NCBI GenBank assembly: GCA_951406725.2
Contig: OX597830.1
Coordinates: 24,552,001 to 24,616,000, forward strand
Origin: Octopus vulgaris
Taxonomy: Eukaryota
Direction: 5' to 3'
Length of the DNA stretch: 64,000 bases
Position 1 is the first letter of the stretch; each line of letters opens with the position of its first letter. Position numbers and translations under genes: made by a program. Below are positions 49,039 through 61,136 of the stretch, one piece after another. Under the pieces are notes generated by a model, which saw only the letters and a program-made list of their open reading frames with translations, did not search any database and was not told the origin of the DNA.

Positions 49039-49241
49039 TTAACCCTTTAGCATTCAATCTGGCCATATTCAGCCAAAATATCCTACCTATTTTATCTTCA
49101 ATCTAACTAGATCAGGCTACTCACACCTATCCTACAATGTCGTTCTAAAAATAATCACATCAGCAAAATCTCAAAGCGATAACATAATACATGATTAAAT
49201 AAACATTACATTTGACAGTAACCCAAATACTAAAGAGTTAA
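49039..49241. mobile_element. piggyBac-type MITE, second family (also 42985-43220 and a split copy at 59273-60054)
   Basis: TTAACCCTTTAGCATT..AATACTAAAGAGTTAA termini. Confidence 0.75.
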
Positions 49242-50284
49242 TCCAAGAAAAGTGGCAAACTGGCAGAATAGTTAGCACATCTGGAAAAATGCTTAGTGGC
49301 ATTTCTTCCAGTTTTTTTTTTTACATTCTGTGTTCAAATTCTGCTGATGTCGACTTTACCTTTCGCATCCTTTCAGGGGTGGTGAGGTCAACAGAACAAG
49401 TACTGGCTCAGCACTTTGTCAATGTAATCAACTAACTCCTTCCCCAAAAAAATCTCAGGCCTTGTGTCTATATGAGTCAGTGGTTCTCAACGGAGGTGCA
49501 TGTGGCCCTTGAGGGTCCATATAAAATTTTTAGGGATTCATGCAACAAAGTAGTAAATTTAGGACCCAAAGTAGTGTTTTAAGGGCCTCTGAAAAATTTT
49601 TGCTTTAGATGTATGTATTGGTATGTATTGCAAGAAATAGCTGGGTTTCTTTCCCTAATATTTTACCTAGTTCAACCTACACAAGTTTATGTGTGAATAA
49701 CAAAATAGGAATTTTGAAATAAGGTTCTATAAAACTAGTTTTTAAACATGGAATGGCTATGGGGGCCCCACCAGAAGAAAATAGTGATCAAAGGGGTCCG
49801 TAGGTAAAAAAATGGTTGAGAAAGGATAAAGAATTATTAACCAAAGGTTGTAACATCACTCCAACACAACTGCTATCACTATCACCACCACTACCACCAT
49901 CATTATCTTGACCACCACCACCTTAACAATTCAATGTCATCACCATCACCACTACCGTCACTCTGACATTTCAATGTCAAACCCATTCTTCCATATCTCT
50001 GCCATAGCTTTGCTTTACAGATATGGAACTATTAGAATTGCCATAACATTCCACGTCCTGTTCAATGGTAAATCAACAAATGCTAATTGTTTTACATACA
50101 AATTTGCTTATAAAATATACAAGTTTTACGTTTTGGGAATTAAGCTAATTTTATGTTTAATCTTGAATGTATGCATGTGTACGTATATGTATAATAGAAA
50201 CCTTACTTATAAAGGACTTAATTTGAAACTAGAGGCCTTGTGCAAGAAGGATGGATGCCAACATTTAAGGTTCATGGGGGTGGG

Positions 50285-50343
50285 CAGATTTATTATTTGA
50301 TTGACTCTTCATTAAATGAAGAGTCAATCAAATAATAAATCTG
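50285..50343. repeat. Perfect 59-bp palindrome with a 6-bp flanking direct repeat
   Basis: 29-bp arms around one A; GGTGGG on both sides. Confidence 0.95.
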
Positions 50344-50464
50344 GGTGGGGCAAAAAGAAAACGAAATTTCAACATCTGGACAAGATGGGGTACCTCATCT
50401 AGTGTGTATATTTATGTATGTATATATATGTATCTGCATATATATGTGTGTGTGTGTGTGTGAA

Positions 50465-50785
50465 TTGGCATTCTGTTGGTTACAATGACAAAGGTTCTAG
50501 TTGATCCATTCAATGGAACAGCCTGCTCATGAAATTAATGTGTAGTTGGCTGAGCACTCCACAGACATGCATACCCTTAAAGGAGTTCTCAATAAGATTT
50601 GGCATGACACAGAACGGGACAAGACTAAGACTTTGAAATACAGGTACAACTCATTTTTGCCAGCTGAGTGGACTGGAGCAACGTGAAATAAAGTGTCTTG
50701 CTCAAGGACACAGTGTGTTGCCAGGGTTCAAACTTATGACCTCACAGTCATAAGCTGCATTCCCTAGCCACAAACCCATTTGCCT
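50465..50785 (-). mobile_element. tRNA/CORE SINE, second family
   Basis: Reverse complement has a tRNA-like head and gtgtccttgagcaagacac; related copies at 57950-58220 and 59754-59880. Confidence 0.7.
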
Positions 50786-51321
50786 TCTCACACACACACA
50801 CAGATATGTACTTACACATACATGTATTTGCACACATACCACACACACACACACACACACACTTATGCATTGTATTTGCACACACATTTACATTTTTTGT
50901 GTGCTTATCAGTCATTTGTTCATGAAGCACTGGTCTTGGTTTTCCTCACCAACAGTTGGAATTCACCAAGTCGCTCGACATATTTGTTCGGCATTGAGTT
51001 AAAGACACTCCCTCGACACCTTACAGTCAGAAAAGCTTTGAACTAGCAACAGGCCATTGGAAACTTGTAACTAATGATGCCATTGTTAACTAATTGTGAT
51101 ATGAAAAGTAAAACATATGGAAAAGTGTCATTTATCAGTTTTTGTTTATTCATTGTTGGTCATGCTGTGAAATGTTATGGTATTTCTGTTATTTTCAGAG
51201 CTGAAAGGTAGTGGAGGGAAGAGGTGTAGCAGAATGGTGGAAGGCATTGAAGTGTCAGAGGATGGTGTATGTATGTGGGGTGGTGCAGACTGGTGTTATA
51301 TTCCTTCTTATATAATAAGCC

Positions 51322-52385
51322 TTTCTACTATAGGCACGAGGCCTGAAATTTTGAGGGAAGGGACTAGTTGATTACATTTCCACCCAGTGTTTCGCTGGTA
51401 CTCATTTCATTGACCTCAAAAGGATGAAAGGCAAAGTTGAGCTCGTTGAATTTGGTCTCAGAACATAGTGACGGACAAAATACTTCTAAGCATTTTGCCC
51501 AGCATGCTAACAATTCTGCCAGCTCCCCACCTTAATAATTATCATCATTTAATGTCTAATTTCCATGCTGGCATGGGTTGGACGGTTTGACTGAGGGCTG
51601 GTGAGCCACAAGGCTGCACCAGGCTCCAATCTGATCTGGCAAAGTTTCTACAGCTGGATGCTGTAGTGGGTGCTTTTACTTGCCACCGACACGAGGGCCA
51701 GTCAGGCAGTACTGACATTGGCCACATTCAAATGGTGCTTTTTATGTGCCACCTGCATAGGAGCCAAACTGGTGAATCCTTTCTACTATAGGCACAAAGA
51801 TTGAAATTTGGGGGAGAGGACTAGTTAATTACATCAACCCCCAGTACTTGACTGGTATTTATTTCATCAACCCTGAAAAGATGAAAAGCAAAGTCGAACC
51901 AGAATTTGAACTCAGAACATAGTGACAGCACACTGGGTGAAATATTTAACGGTATTTCATCTAAGGATTTTGCCAGCTCACCACTTTTATAATAATGATG
52001 ATAATAAAAATAATCATCTTTTTTGCTAAAGGCACAAGGTCTGAAATTTGTGGGAAGGTGGGATAGTTGATTACATCAGCCCCAATGTTCAACAGGTACT
52101 TATTTGATCGATCCCAAAAAGATGAAAGTCAATGACGACCTTAGCAGAATTTAAACTCAGAACATAAAGACAGATGAAAAACCACTAAGCATTTTGTCTG
52201 ATGTATTAAAACTTCTGCCAGCTCATTATCTTATTAATAGTAGTAATAGTAGTTATAATTTAGGCACAAGACCAGAAAGAGATTAAATTGATACCATTTA
52301 CCCTTGTACTTAATTTGTTCTTTATTTTCTTAACCCTAGAAAGATGGAAAGCTAAGTTGATTCTGGCAGTATTTGAACTCACAGC
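51322..52385 (-). mobile_element. Cluster of four Meta/MESC-like SINEs with an intervening (GAT)n-tailed element (51541-51770)
   Basis: Repeated aggatgaaaggcaaagttgac..gaatttgaactcagaac motif. Confidence 0.75.
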
Positions 52386-52418
52386 TTAGTCAGGAAATTT
52401 CATATATATATATATATA

Positions 52419-52801
52419 CAGTGACCCCTTGCAGTACAAGTTTAATTGGTTCTATGACCGAGCTCATCTTACAATTTGCTTGTTTTACAGATCAATTTTC
52501 CCCATTTGAAATAACTAAAATATAATATCCATTCCAATTCCCAAAAATCACTCAAAAATAATTTTTTATGGGTTTTAAAACAGAAATGGTGTAGTTACAT
52601 GTAAAAGGACAATTATTAAAAAGAGAATGCAAAAGGATTATGTAAACTGGTTTTATTAACTTAATTACATTAAAAATGAGATGATCCATGTGCTTGTACT
52701 GCGGATTTCTGCTCATACTTCAAGACGAAAATTTGCATGAATCTCGGCTTGTACAACATACTACTCATGCAATGGTGCACTCATACTGCGAGATTCTACT
52801 C
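52419..52801. mobile_element. Tigger/pogo-like MITE
   Basis: TA|CAGTGACCCCTTGCAGTAC..ATACTGCGAGATTCTACT imperfect TIRs in a TA tract. Confidence 0.55.
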
Positions 52802-52831
52802 TGTGTGTGTGTATATATATATATAATTTTT

Positions 52832-53140
52832 ATTTATGCGCCCTTTTCAAGCCTAGCCAGGCCCATGGGCCCGGCTTCCTGGTTTCTGTGGCGTATGTGT
52901 TCCCCCCAGCTGGATGGGACGCCAGTCCATCGCAGCGTTACTCAAGAAACAGAAAGAAAAAGTGAGAGAAAGTTGGGGTGAAAGAGTACAATAGGGGTCA
53001 CTACCACCCCATGCCGAAGCTTCATGGGGCATTTAGGTGTTTTCGCTCAATAAACACACACAACGCTCGGTCTGGGAATCGAAATTGCGATCCTCCAACC
53101 GCGAGTCCACTGCCCTAACCACTGGGCCATTGCGCCTCCA
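52832..53140 (-). mobile_element. tRNA-derived SINE with a V-domain-like motif
   Basis: Head TGGCCCAGTGGTTAG..TTCGATTCCC; internal ctgcgatggactggcgtcccatccag. Confidence 0.7.
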
Positions 53141-53183
53141 CATATATATATAACATAGATATATATTTCATAAACATAGAAAT

Positions 53184-53441
53184 CAGTGGTCCTTAACCAT
53201 TTTTTGCCTATATGTCCCTTTGATTTGTGTTTTACTCTACGGGATCCCTATAGCCATTCAATGGATATAAGTTAAATCTTGTTATGTTTTTATAATTAAA
53301 TATTATTAAGAATTGCATAAAAAAATTAGAATATTTTGTGTATTGTAGAAGTATAAACAACTTATTACACATAAATTTTAACAACAAAATCTCACATTTC
53401 CCTTCTCCTGGGCCATATTAAACATTGGTTAAGAACCACTG
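53184..53441. mobile_element. hAT/Charlie-like MITE (a related element spans 49478-49821)
   Basis: CAGTGGTCCTTAACC..GGTTAAGAACCACTG TIRs; degenerate 8-bp TSD atagaaat/atctaaat. Confidence 0.75.
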
Positions 53442-54793
53442 ATCTAAATAGATGCTTATGTAAACTGTTAAACCATCCACATGACAAACATATAATTTAT
53501 CTCAGGTTGGCTCTGAACCATGACCTATGGTCAAAGGTTTCTATGGTAAAGTGTATCTGAATCTACATTATCCATTATGTATTTCCATTTTTATTTTTCC
53601 TAAGATAATAAAGTGAGGCTTCAATGGTTTTAATCAAATAATAAGGCAAAAGATTTTAGAGAGATTTGGTTGCTATTTCTAACAGGCTGGGTAATTATGC
53701 AGAGATCCTCTCATTATACCTACCCATTATCTATATGCAGCTGGATGAATGCTCTCTCCCTCTCTCTATCTCTCTTTCTAGCTATTATTAATTTAGTTAA
53801 ATGCGCAATCTCTCTTCTCCTATGATTTATAGAGTTAAACAGGTGCCTGTTCCACTGCTAATTATCTGTATGACAACTAATATTTGATATAGCTGGATGA
53901 ATGCCCTCTTTATTGCTGTTATTTATACAGCATGATAACTGTCCTCTCTAATGCATTCACAAGAGAATCTAAACTGGTTGGATTCTAACATTAGAATCAT
54001 AATTTGAAGCTGAAAAGAACATCAGATCCACAACTGAGACTTGAGCTATGCATCTATTACTTGCCAGGTGACAAGTTGCCACTTACACAACAGAATGCCT
54101 GTCCTCCAATCTTCTCAAATTAGCTACTTTTGATCCCCTTATTATAATTTGTATTAGTCCTGGCTAATTAAGTTATTCTACCAATGTACAACAAGAATGG
54201 ATTGCTTTATACTTATGCTTACTAAAACAGGCTGAGTGATAAGTTGTCTAAGGGCATTCCCCTATAGCTGCCATTTAATTTAGGAACTCAATACAGGACA
54301 TTCAATCAGTTATCCAGCATCTTAATTTCATATGTATACTCTTTTACACGTTTTAGTCATTTGACTGCAGCCATGCTGGAGCACTGCCTTAGAGGTTTTT
54401 AGTCAAAAAAATCGACCCCAGGACTTATTCTTTGCAAGCCTGGTGCTTATTCTATTGGTCTCTTTTGCCAAACCACTAAGATACAGTGATATTCACACAC
54501 CAACATCAGTTGTCAAGCAATGGTAGGACAAACAGACACACACGCATGAATACATATACATATATATTTGCCATGCTTGACCGCTATATCTACAAGATTT
54601 TTTTCACTCTCTCTCTCTCTCTCTTTATTTTCTCGTATTCCTTTCTGTTGAAGAGTGCAGGCTCAAAACAAAAGACTTTCATTTTCCTGTGCATCAAGCT
54701 AATACACCTACTTGTTGCTCATACACCTGTCTTCATCTTTTGTTTTTCTATAAATTTCAACTATATATGTGTGTGTGTGTGTGTCTGTATATA

Positions 54794-54843
<50 letters not shown>

Positions 54844-54867
54844 TATATATATGTGTGTGTGTGTATT

Positions 54868-54898
<31 letters not shown>

Positions 54899-54977
54899 AT
54901 TTATATATATACACATATATTGATAAAAATGGTAAGACAACAAAAGAATGAAAGAGACCTCAATATTGGAGGAATTT

Positions 54978-55166
54978 ATCTGTAAATGTAATATGTGACA
55001 ATTATTCAGTAGCCATGATAAAACTCCGAGTTTCGGATGCCGAGGTGGAAATCCACGCTGCCATCTCTTCAGTTATCTGGCCATCAGAAAAAAAAATTTC
55101 CACCTCGGCATCCAAAACTCAGAGTTTTATCATGGCTACCAAATAATTGTCACATATTAAATTTAC

Positions 55167-55170
<4 letters not shown>
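54978..55170. repeat. 75-bp inverted repeat (arms 54978-55052 and 55096-55170), Penelope-like inverted terminal structure
   Basis: The arms are near-exact reverse complements, overlap the hammerhead and are flanked by (TA)n. Confidence 0.85.
55012..55081 (-). ncRNA. Type I hammerhead ribozyme fold (Penelope-like)
   Basis: Minus strand GCCAGAUAA-CUGAAGA-GAUG..GUGG AUUU CCAC..CAUC C-GAAA-CUC G GAG-UU-UUAUCAUGGC: 9-bp bulged stem I, intact core, near-palindromic stem III. Confidence 0.75.
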
Positions 55171-55229
<59 letters not shown>

Positions 55230-55357
55230 TAATGGGTTTCTTTCAGTTACTGTCTACCATATCCATTCACAAGGCTTTGGTTGCCCCGTATATAAGTAAT
55301 TTTTCATAGCTAATTTAATCTTTAAATAAGTTTGCATTTCTTTATTACAGATAGAAA

Positions 55358-55419
55358 ATGGGTGATACTAACAAAGATGAAAATGCAGAAGAATCTATGG
55401 AAGATCTCATCACATTATC
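55358..55419 (+). CDS. Myosin coding exon 1 (MGDTNKDENAEESMEDLITL-S)
   Basis: Acceptor ttctttattacag ends at 55350; ATG at 55358 is preceded in frame by TAG (55352-55354); donor gtatgt at 55420; phase 2. Confidence 0.88.
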
Positions 55420-56674
55420 GTATGTAATAATTTTCTTTTTAATTTTAGTTTCGTTTTTGTTCTGAATCTGTGTATGACTTTTAATTGAATTATATTATGT
55501 AATTATTTCAATTTGTCATATGTTAACAGGACTCTTAACCACCAAACCATCCTCAGTACTTTACAGACAAGATACAACAATAAGCTGATATATGTGAGTA
55601 TGTTGGGTTTTGTTTTGTTGTTTATTTGTTGTTGGTTTTTTTTTGTGAGGCATTTAAACATTTGTATTTCTCTCTTTGTGTCTTTCTTTAAATACATATG
55701 TCATTCATTCAACATCTACTTTTACCTGGTAGCACAGTATACATGGGAGGTAACTGAGAGTTAGGTGGCTGGACGCTCTTCCTGTCACCAACTCTTATCT
55801 ACATTTCAAGTAAGGGTTCTTTATTTTGAAGGAATTCTATGGTGCAGAGCTACCAAGTAATTTCTTGACAGGAAATGCCAATAAATGTCACCTGTTTACT
55901 TCCACCAAATTCATTCAAAAGGCTTTGGTCAGCCCAGGGCTAGAATGGAAAACATTTAACCAAGATGCCAAGGGCAGTAGGACTGAACCCCTAACCATAT
56001 GGTTGGGAAGCAAGCTTCATATCACACAGCCATACCTACACCTATTATGCATACACACACACATAAACACATGCTCACACACAAACTCCTTTTCAAATTA
56101 AATTGTTGTAATCAAATTTCAAATAAGCATTACTAGGGTGGTTTTGCTAATAGCAAAATAAAAAACTTAAATTAAACACAAAAATCGGATATATCTCACA
56201 TAAAAAAAAAAAAATCAATCATGATTGCATGAGACCTGTCAAGATTCACCATTCTATCATTTTTAAGGATGAGGATTTTATAGCACATAAAATTATTCCC
56301 TAATCATAAAATTATTTCCTTTGTGATTTAATAGAGAAAATTCTGCCTGCACACACATTTAGAGCAGTTTAATGTGAAAATAAGATTGTGGAAGCCTTGA
56401 ATAATCAGACTAATGGATTTAGGAAAAACATTGATCAAAACTGGGCATAAAAGATTAAGGAGAAATACAAAAAGATTGCTTAATAAAAAAAAAATATCAA
56501 AATTGAACATAGGTTTTTATTATATGTTTGAAAGAGTGCATACACACACACACTCTCTCTCTCTCTCTGTAAAGTATGTTTGCATGTGTTTATAAATGAG
56601 TGTATATTAATGTATATGCATAATATAAATAATATATAAATATATGCATATATACATACATATATGTATATACC

Positions 56675-56712
<38 letters not shown>

Positions 56713-57622
56713 TATGGGCACAAGACATCAAAAAAACGTTGAACACAATGAGAAACGAAAACATAAAAACAAAACAATGAAAAAAACAGAGAAACGAGAC
56801 ATGCAACATAGAGAATATTCCCCTTCATCAGTTGTCCCTGTTTCATCTACTCCGCATTTTGAAGGCAAGGACAATATGTGACTTCGTTGAAACAGTCCTT
56901 CCTGCAAAGCAAATTTGGGATTTTTTGTGGAGGGTGAAAGTGGTAACAAGAACAGGAGAGTGAGAACAAGACAGTAAAAACAAACAGTGAGGTCTGTTAA
57001 GCCAAGACGATAGAAAAATTATTATGAACACTAGGAAGACAAGCTTATGAGAGGAGACAGGTATAAGCATTTGTTGTCTATGCATAGCTGCTTGTGTTTG
57101 TGTGTAAAGGTAAGATCCAATAATCAAGGTGTAGGAAGGTTGTAAGTTTCAAGCAGTCCATAAAAGGTATAAAAAAACAACCTTCGGGAGCAATAGTGGT
57201 TTATCAACATAAAAGGTTGTAAATTTTTCCCATATCAAAGTTCAATAAAGTGAAAAAATTGCTTTATAGCTTACAGTTAACAACACAGGGTTCCTGTGTA
57301 TGTGAACAGAATTATGCTTTCTATATTCTTTCCCAGTTATTTTTAATCGAAGGGTTTAGCTTTATGGCGTATCATCAGACACCAAAACCTGTTGGCCAAA
57401 GACCTCTTCAAAATATTTTAAAGAAGTCTGAAGCCAACAGGTTTTGGGGTCTGACTATGTCATAAACCTTTTATGGACAGGGAAACCCAGGGTAATCCCA
57501 TAAATGGGCCATCCTCATTAAAATATATACTGCTCTACAACTTAGAGTGTGCTTCTTCTCCTGATTTGTGTTTTCTACAAATAGCTGTAAGCCAAATTTA
57601 CTCTAATGAAGAAAAATATGTA

Positions 57623-57658
<36 letters not shown>

Positions 57659-58762
57659 AGAGTTTATATCCCTTGTGTGTGTGTATTTGTATTTATATAT
57701 TAAGCATACAAATGCTTTGTGTTTCTATCATCAATTTATTTCTTCTTTGCAGACTTACATTGGTTCTATCTTGGTTGCCATTAACCCTTATAAAATTTTC
57801 AACATTTATGGTAAAGATGTTGTTAAGAAGTATGAGGGTTGCCCCATTGGACAACAGCCACCGTAAGACAATTTTACCATTATTACTAAACATTATAATG
57901 GGAAGGGTCAGATTCTGAGATTTCACTACAATAGTCCTCCTCTGTAAAGATCCCCTTTGGTTATGAAAGTTCCCCTCCAAGGCACAAGTCTGTGTAAGGA
58001 AGACCAGCAGTCACTCATGCATATCAGCCTTCCCTCTCCCTGCCACTGATGTTATCCAAGGAAAGGCAAAGGGGCCGATACAGCTTGGCACCAGTGACAT
58101 TGCAACTCATTCCTACAGCTGAATGAACTGGAGCAATATGAAATAAAGTGTCTTGCTCAAGAACACAACACACAGCCTAGTCCAGGAATCGAACTCACTA
58201 CCTCATGATTGTGAGACCAGTACTCTGTCTAATAGTCATTAGAGCATTGGACAAAATGCTTAACAGCATTTCTTCTGCCTTTTTATGCTCCGAGTTCAAA
58301 TCCCATCAAGAGCAGCTTTAACTTTCATCCTTTCAGTGGTTGACCTTACTATATTTGATGGGGTCAGTGTAATTCACTAACCTCCTTCTTTCGAAATTAC
58401 AAGGCTTGTGCCAAAATTATAAAGAATTATTATTTCCATTTAAGAGAGTAGATTGGCAGAAATGTTAGAACTTCCAAAAAATACCTTATGGTATTTGTTC
58501 CAGCTTTTTACATTCTGAATTCAAATCCTGCCAAGGTCAACATTGCCTGTCACCCCTACAGGATCAATAAAATGAAGTACCAGTCAAATACTAGGGTCAA
58601 TCTGATTAAGTAACTTCCCCCACTAAAATTTCAAACCTTGTGCCTTTGTTAGGAACAATTATTATTAATGGTTCCGGGTTCAGTCCCACTGCATGGCACT
58701 TTAAGCAAGTGTTTTTTGATATAGCCTTGGGCCAACCAAACCCTTGTGAGTGGATTTAGTAG

Positions 58763-58801
<39 letters not shown>

Positions 58802-60219
58802 GGAAGGATTCTGACCACCCCTCATGTGACTAAAAGGTGGGCTGACTAATTGTTACAAAACAAAGAACTGTGAGCGATTGGCATTTCAGGTTGGTAAGCA
58901 TTTCACTGTGAGCCGTGATTGTGTGTGTTAAGTCTTGTGTAATAGTAATAGTAGTGTGTAAATACTTTCTTTCCCCCTGCTTCATAATTATATATCTAAA
59001 ATACAAGGATAAATATATGTGTGTGTCTGCGTTTGTCCCTCACTACTGCTTGATGTCTTATGTTAGACACCAATAGAATAAGCACCAGGCTTACAAAGAA
59101 AATATGTACTGGGGTTGATTAGTTCAACCAAAATTCCGCAAGGTGGTGCCCCAGGATGGCCACAGTCTAATGACTGAAACAAGTAAAAGATAAAAGATTT
59201 TTCTTGCAATTTTAGAATAGCTGATCAAGATTATATATCTTCATCTCCAGTTTAACTCTTTGAATTCTCAAACACTTTAGCATTCAGATTAGCCAGTCAA
59301 ATGTAATGATTATTTGTTCAGTGTTTTGAATTAGATCCTTCCCAAGTTATACAGACTCATAGAGCTGGTTTCCTGGTTTCTGTGGTACATTTATCACCTC
59401 CACCAGATAGTTGCTGGGTCATTGAAGTATCACCAGTTGGTGCCAGCGGCATGTGAAAAATATTTGAGCGAGGTCGTTGCCAGTGCCACTGGACTGGCTC
59501 CTGTGCAGGTGGCACGTAAAAAACACCACTTGTGCATGGCCATTGCCAGTACTGCCTGACTGGCCCTCATACCGGTGGCACGTAAAAGCCCCTACTACAC
59601 TCTCAGAGTGGTTGGCATTAGGAAGGGCATCCAGCTGTAGAAACTCTGCCAGATCAGATTGGAGCCTGGTGCAGCCATCTGGTTCGCCAGTCCTCAGTCA
59701 AATCGTCCAACCCATGCTAGCATGGAAAGCGGACGTTAAATGATGATGATGATGAACTGGAGCAATGTGAAATGAAGTGTTTTGCTCAAGAACACACTGT
59801 ATCGCCTGAGCCAGGAATTGAAACTGCAATCTTACAAGCATGAGTCCAACACCATAATCACAAAACCACATGCTTCCACCTGTTTTGAATTAATCATGCA
59901 TTATCTTGTAATTATGAAATTTCAATGATATGATTGTTTGTTTTTAGAATGACATTGTAGGGTAGGTGTGAGATGCCAGATCTGGCCAGTTTGAATATAA
60001 AACAGGTAGAATATTTGGGACCAGATACGGCCAGTTTCAAATGCTAAAGGGTTGATCTACTAAGGGTTGAAAATACGAAGAATATACCCTAAAATGATTG
60101 CTTGCAACATATTACATTTTCTATCTCTTTGCTCACCATTTCAGTCACTTATTTGCCATTGGCAGTGTGTGCTATGAAAAAATGTTGCGAGATTGGGAAA
60201 ATCAGGTTGTTCTCATCAG
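55358..60219 (+). CDS. Unconventional myosin heavy chain, N-terminal motor domain (partial gene, 4 coding exons; most like the class XV/XXII MyTH4-FERM group)
   Basis: Exons 55358-55419, 55530-55593, 57753-57862 and 60145-60219 join in phase (2,0,2,2) through GT-AG introns. The product has the myosin head motifs EDLxxLSxL, RY..LIYTYIGSILVAINPYK, PPHLFAI and NQVVLIS just before the expected GESGxGKT P-loop. The class assignment is from memory of family consensus only. Confidence 0.95.
55530..55593 (+). CDS. Myosin coding exon 2 (TLNHQTILSTLQTRYNNKLIY)
   Basis: Acceptor tgttaacag, donor gtgagt; 64 nt; completes the Ser codon and ends in phase 0; matches the myosin LNExxILxxLxxRY..LIY motif. 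Confidence 0.93.
56712..57010 (-). mobile_element. Probable Penelope-like terminal fragment
   Basis: T-rich tail running into (TA)n; contains CUGAUGA with pairable stems but no GAAA. Confidence 0.45.
57753..57862 (+). CDS. Myosin coding exon 3 (TYIGSILVAINPYKIFNIYGKDVVKKYEGCPIGQQP-P)
   Basis: Acceptor tttcttctttgcag, donor gtaaga; 110 nt; hallmark TYxGxILVAINPY motif. Confidence 0.96.
60145..60219 (+). CDS. Myosin coding exon 4 (HLFAIGSVCYEKMLRDWENQVVLI-S)
   Basis: Acceptor ccatttcag, donor gtaaga; 75 nt; PPHLFAI and NQxxxIS motifs. Confidence 0.96.
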
Positions 60220-61136
60220 GTAAGAATAAAAATATTTCATATCCAATTTTTTCCCATGACAATATATGTTAATGACATATTGTTTATCAGAACATCTTCA
60301 AGCATAATTACTACATGGTTGTTGTTTTACCTTGAGTCAATCCTGCACTCTAGCTTTGACCATCTTGTCTTTATTCATCATCATCATCAACCCCTGGACA
60401 TTACTGTCTGGAGCCCTCGGTTCCTTAGGGCTGGTTACCCAGTTCCCATAGCATATAAGTGACCCAGATCACAACATTCTTCAATAAATGGTGTGCCAGT
60501 CCTTTACAGGGTTACAGCAGTGTGAGCTAGCGCAACAGGAAATATAGCATTTTGCTCAACAACTATCTTCTCTGAGAATTGAAACCATGATCTTGTGATC
60601 ATGTGTGCAGCACTCTGACCACTAGGCCATGTACCTTTATAGTATATCTAAGACTACATTGACCGATGTATCATTTTTAAAAAGAGCGCAGGGAGAACTT
60701 TGAAGAAGATTTGGTTGCTGTTTCTAGCAAGTTGGAGGACCAAAAAGAGGCTTCCTCATTGGCTTGCCTTTATAACTTTTCTGACAACTTGAGCTTCTAC
60801 TTGATTAGTCAACTTGCTTGAAATATCAGCTAAATCTCTTTTAAATCACATTTCTAAAGAAGGACACATTGGATAATGGAGCCCTAAATACACTATGTCT
60901 TAGAAAATGTACTGAATAATTACAGCTAAAACACTTTTTGATCAGAAAGTAATGCATTTTTTGATTTGCACTACTTTTTGACTGACTTGTGTATGTTTGA
61001 AGATAATTCATAAAATAAAGCCAATGAAAATTGCATGACTTTCTGACTTACTTTTGTAAATATGCTGAACAAGGGCTGGCCTGGAGCCTGGCAGCAACAA
61101 AGAAAGGTGGTTATAAAGTTCTGGAATCGTATAGCT

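Noticed and set aside
53060-53140. tRNA gene
   Set aside because: A and B boxes are present but there is no cloverleaf acceptor stem; this is a SINE head, as are the other tRNA-like heads.
56785-56845. Hammerhead on the minus strand (CUGAUGA with plausible stems I and II)
   Set aside because: The essential GAAA and stem III are absent; at most a dead relic.
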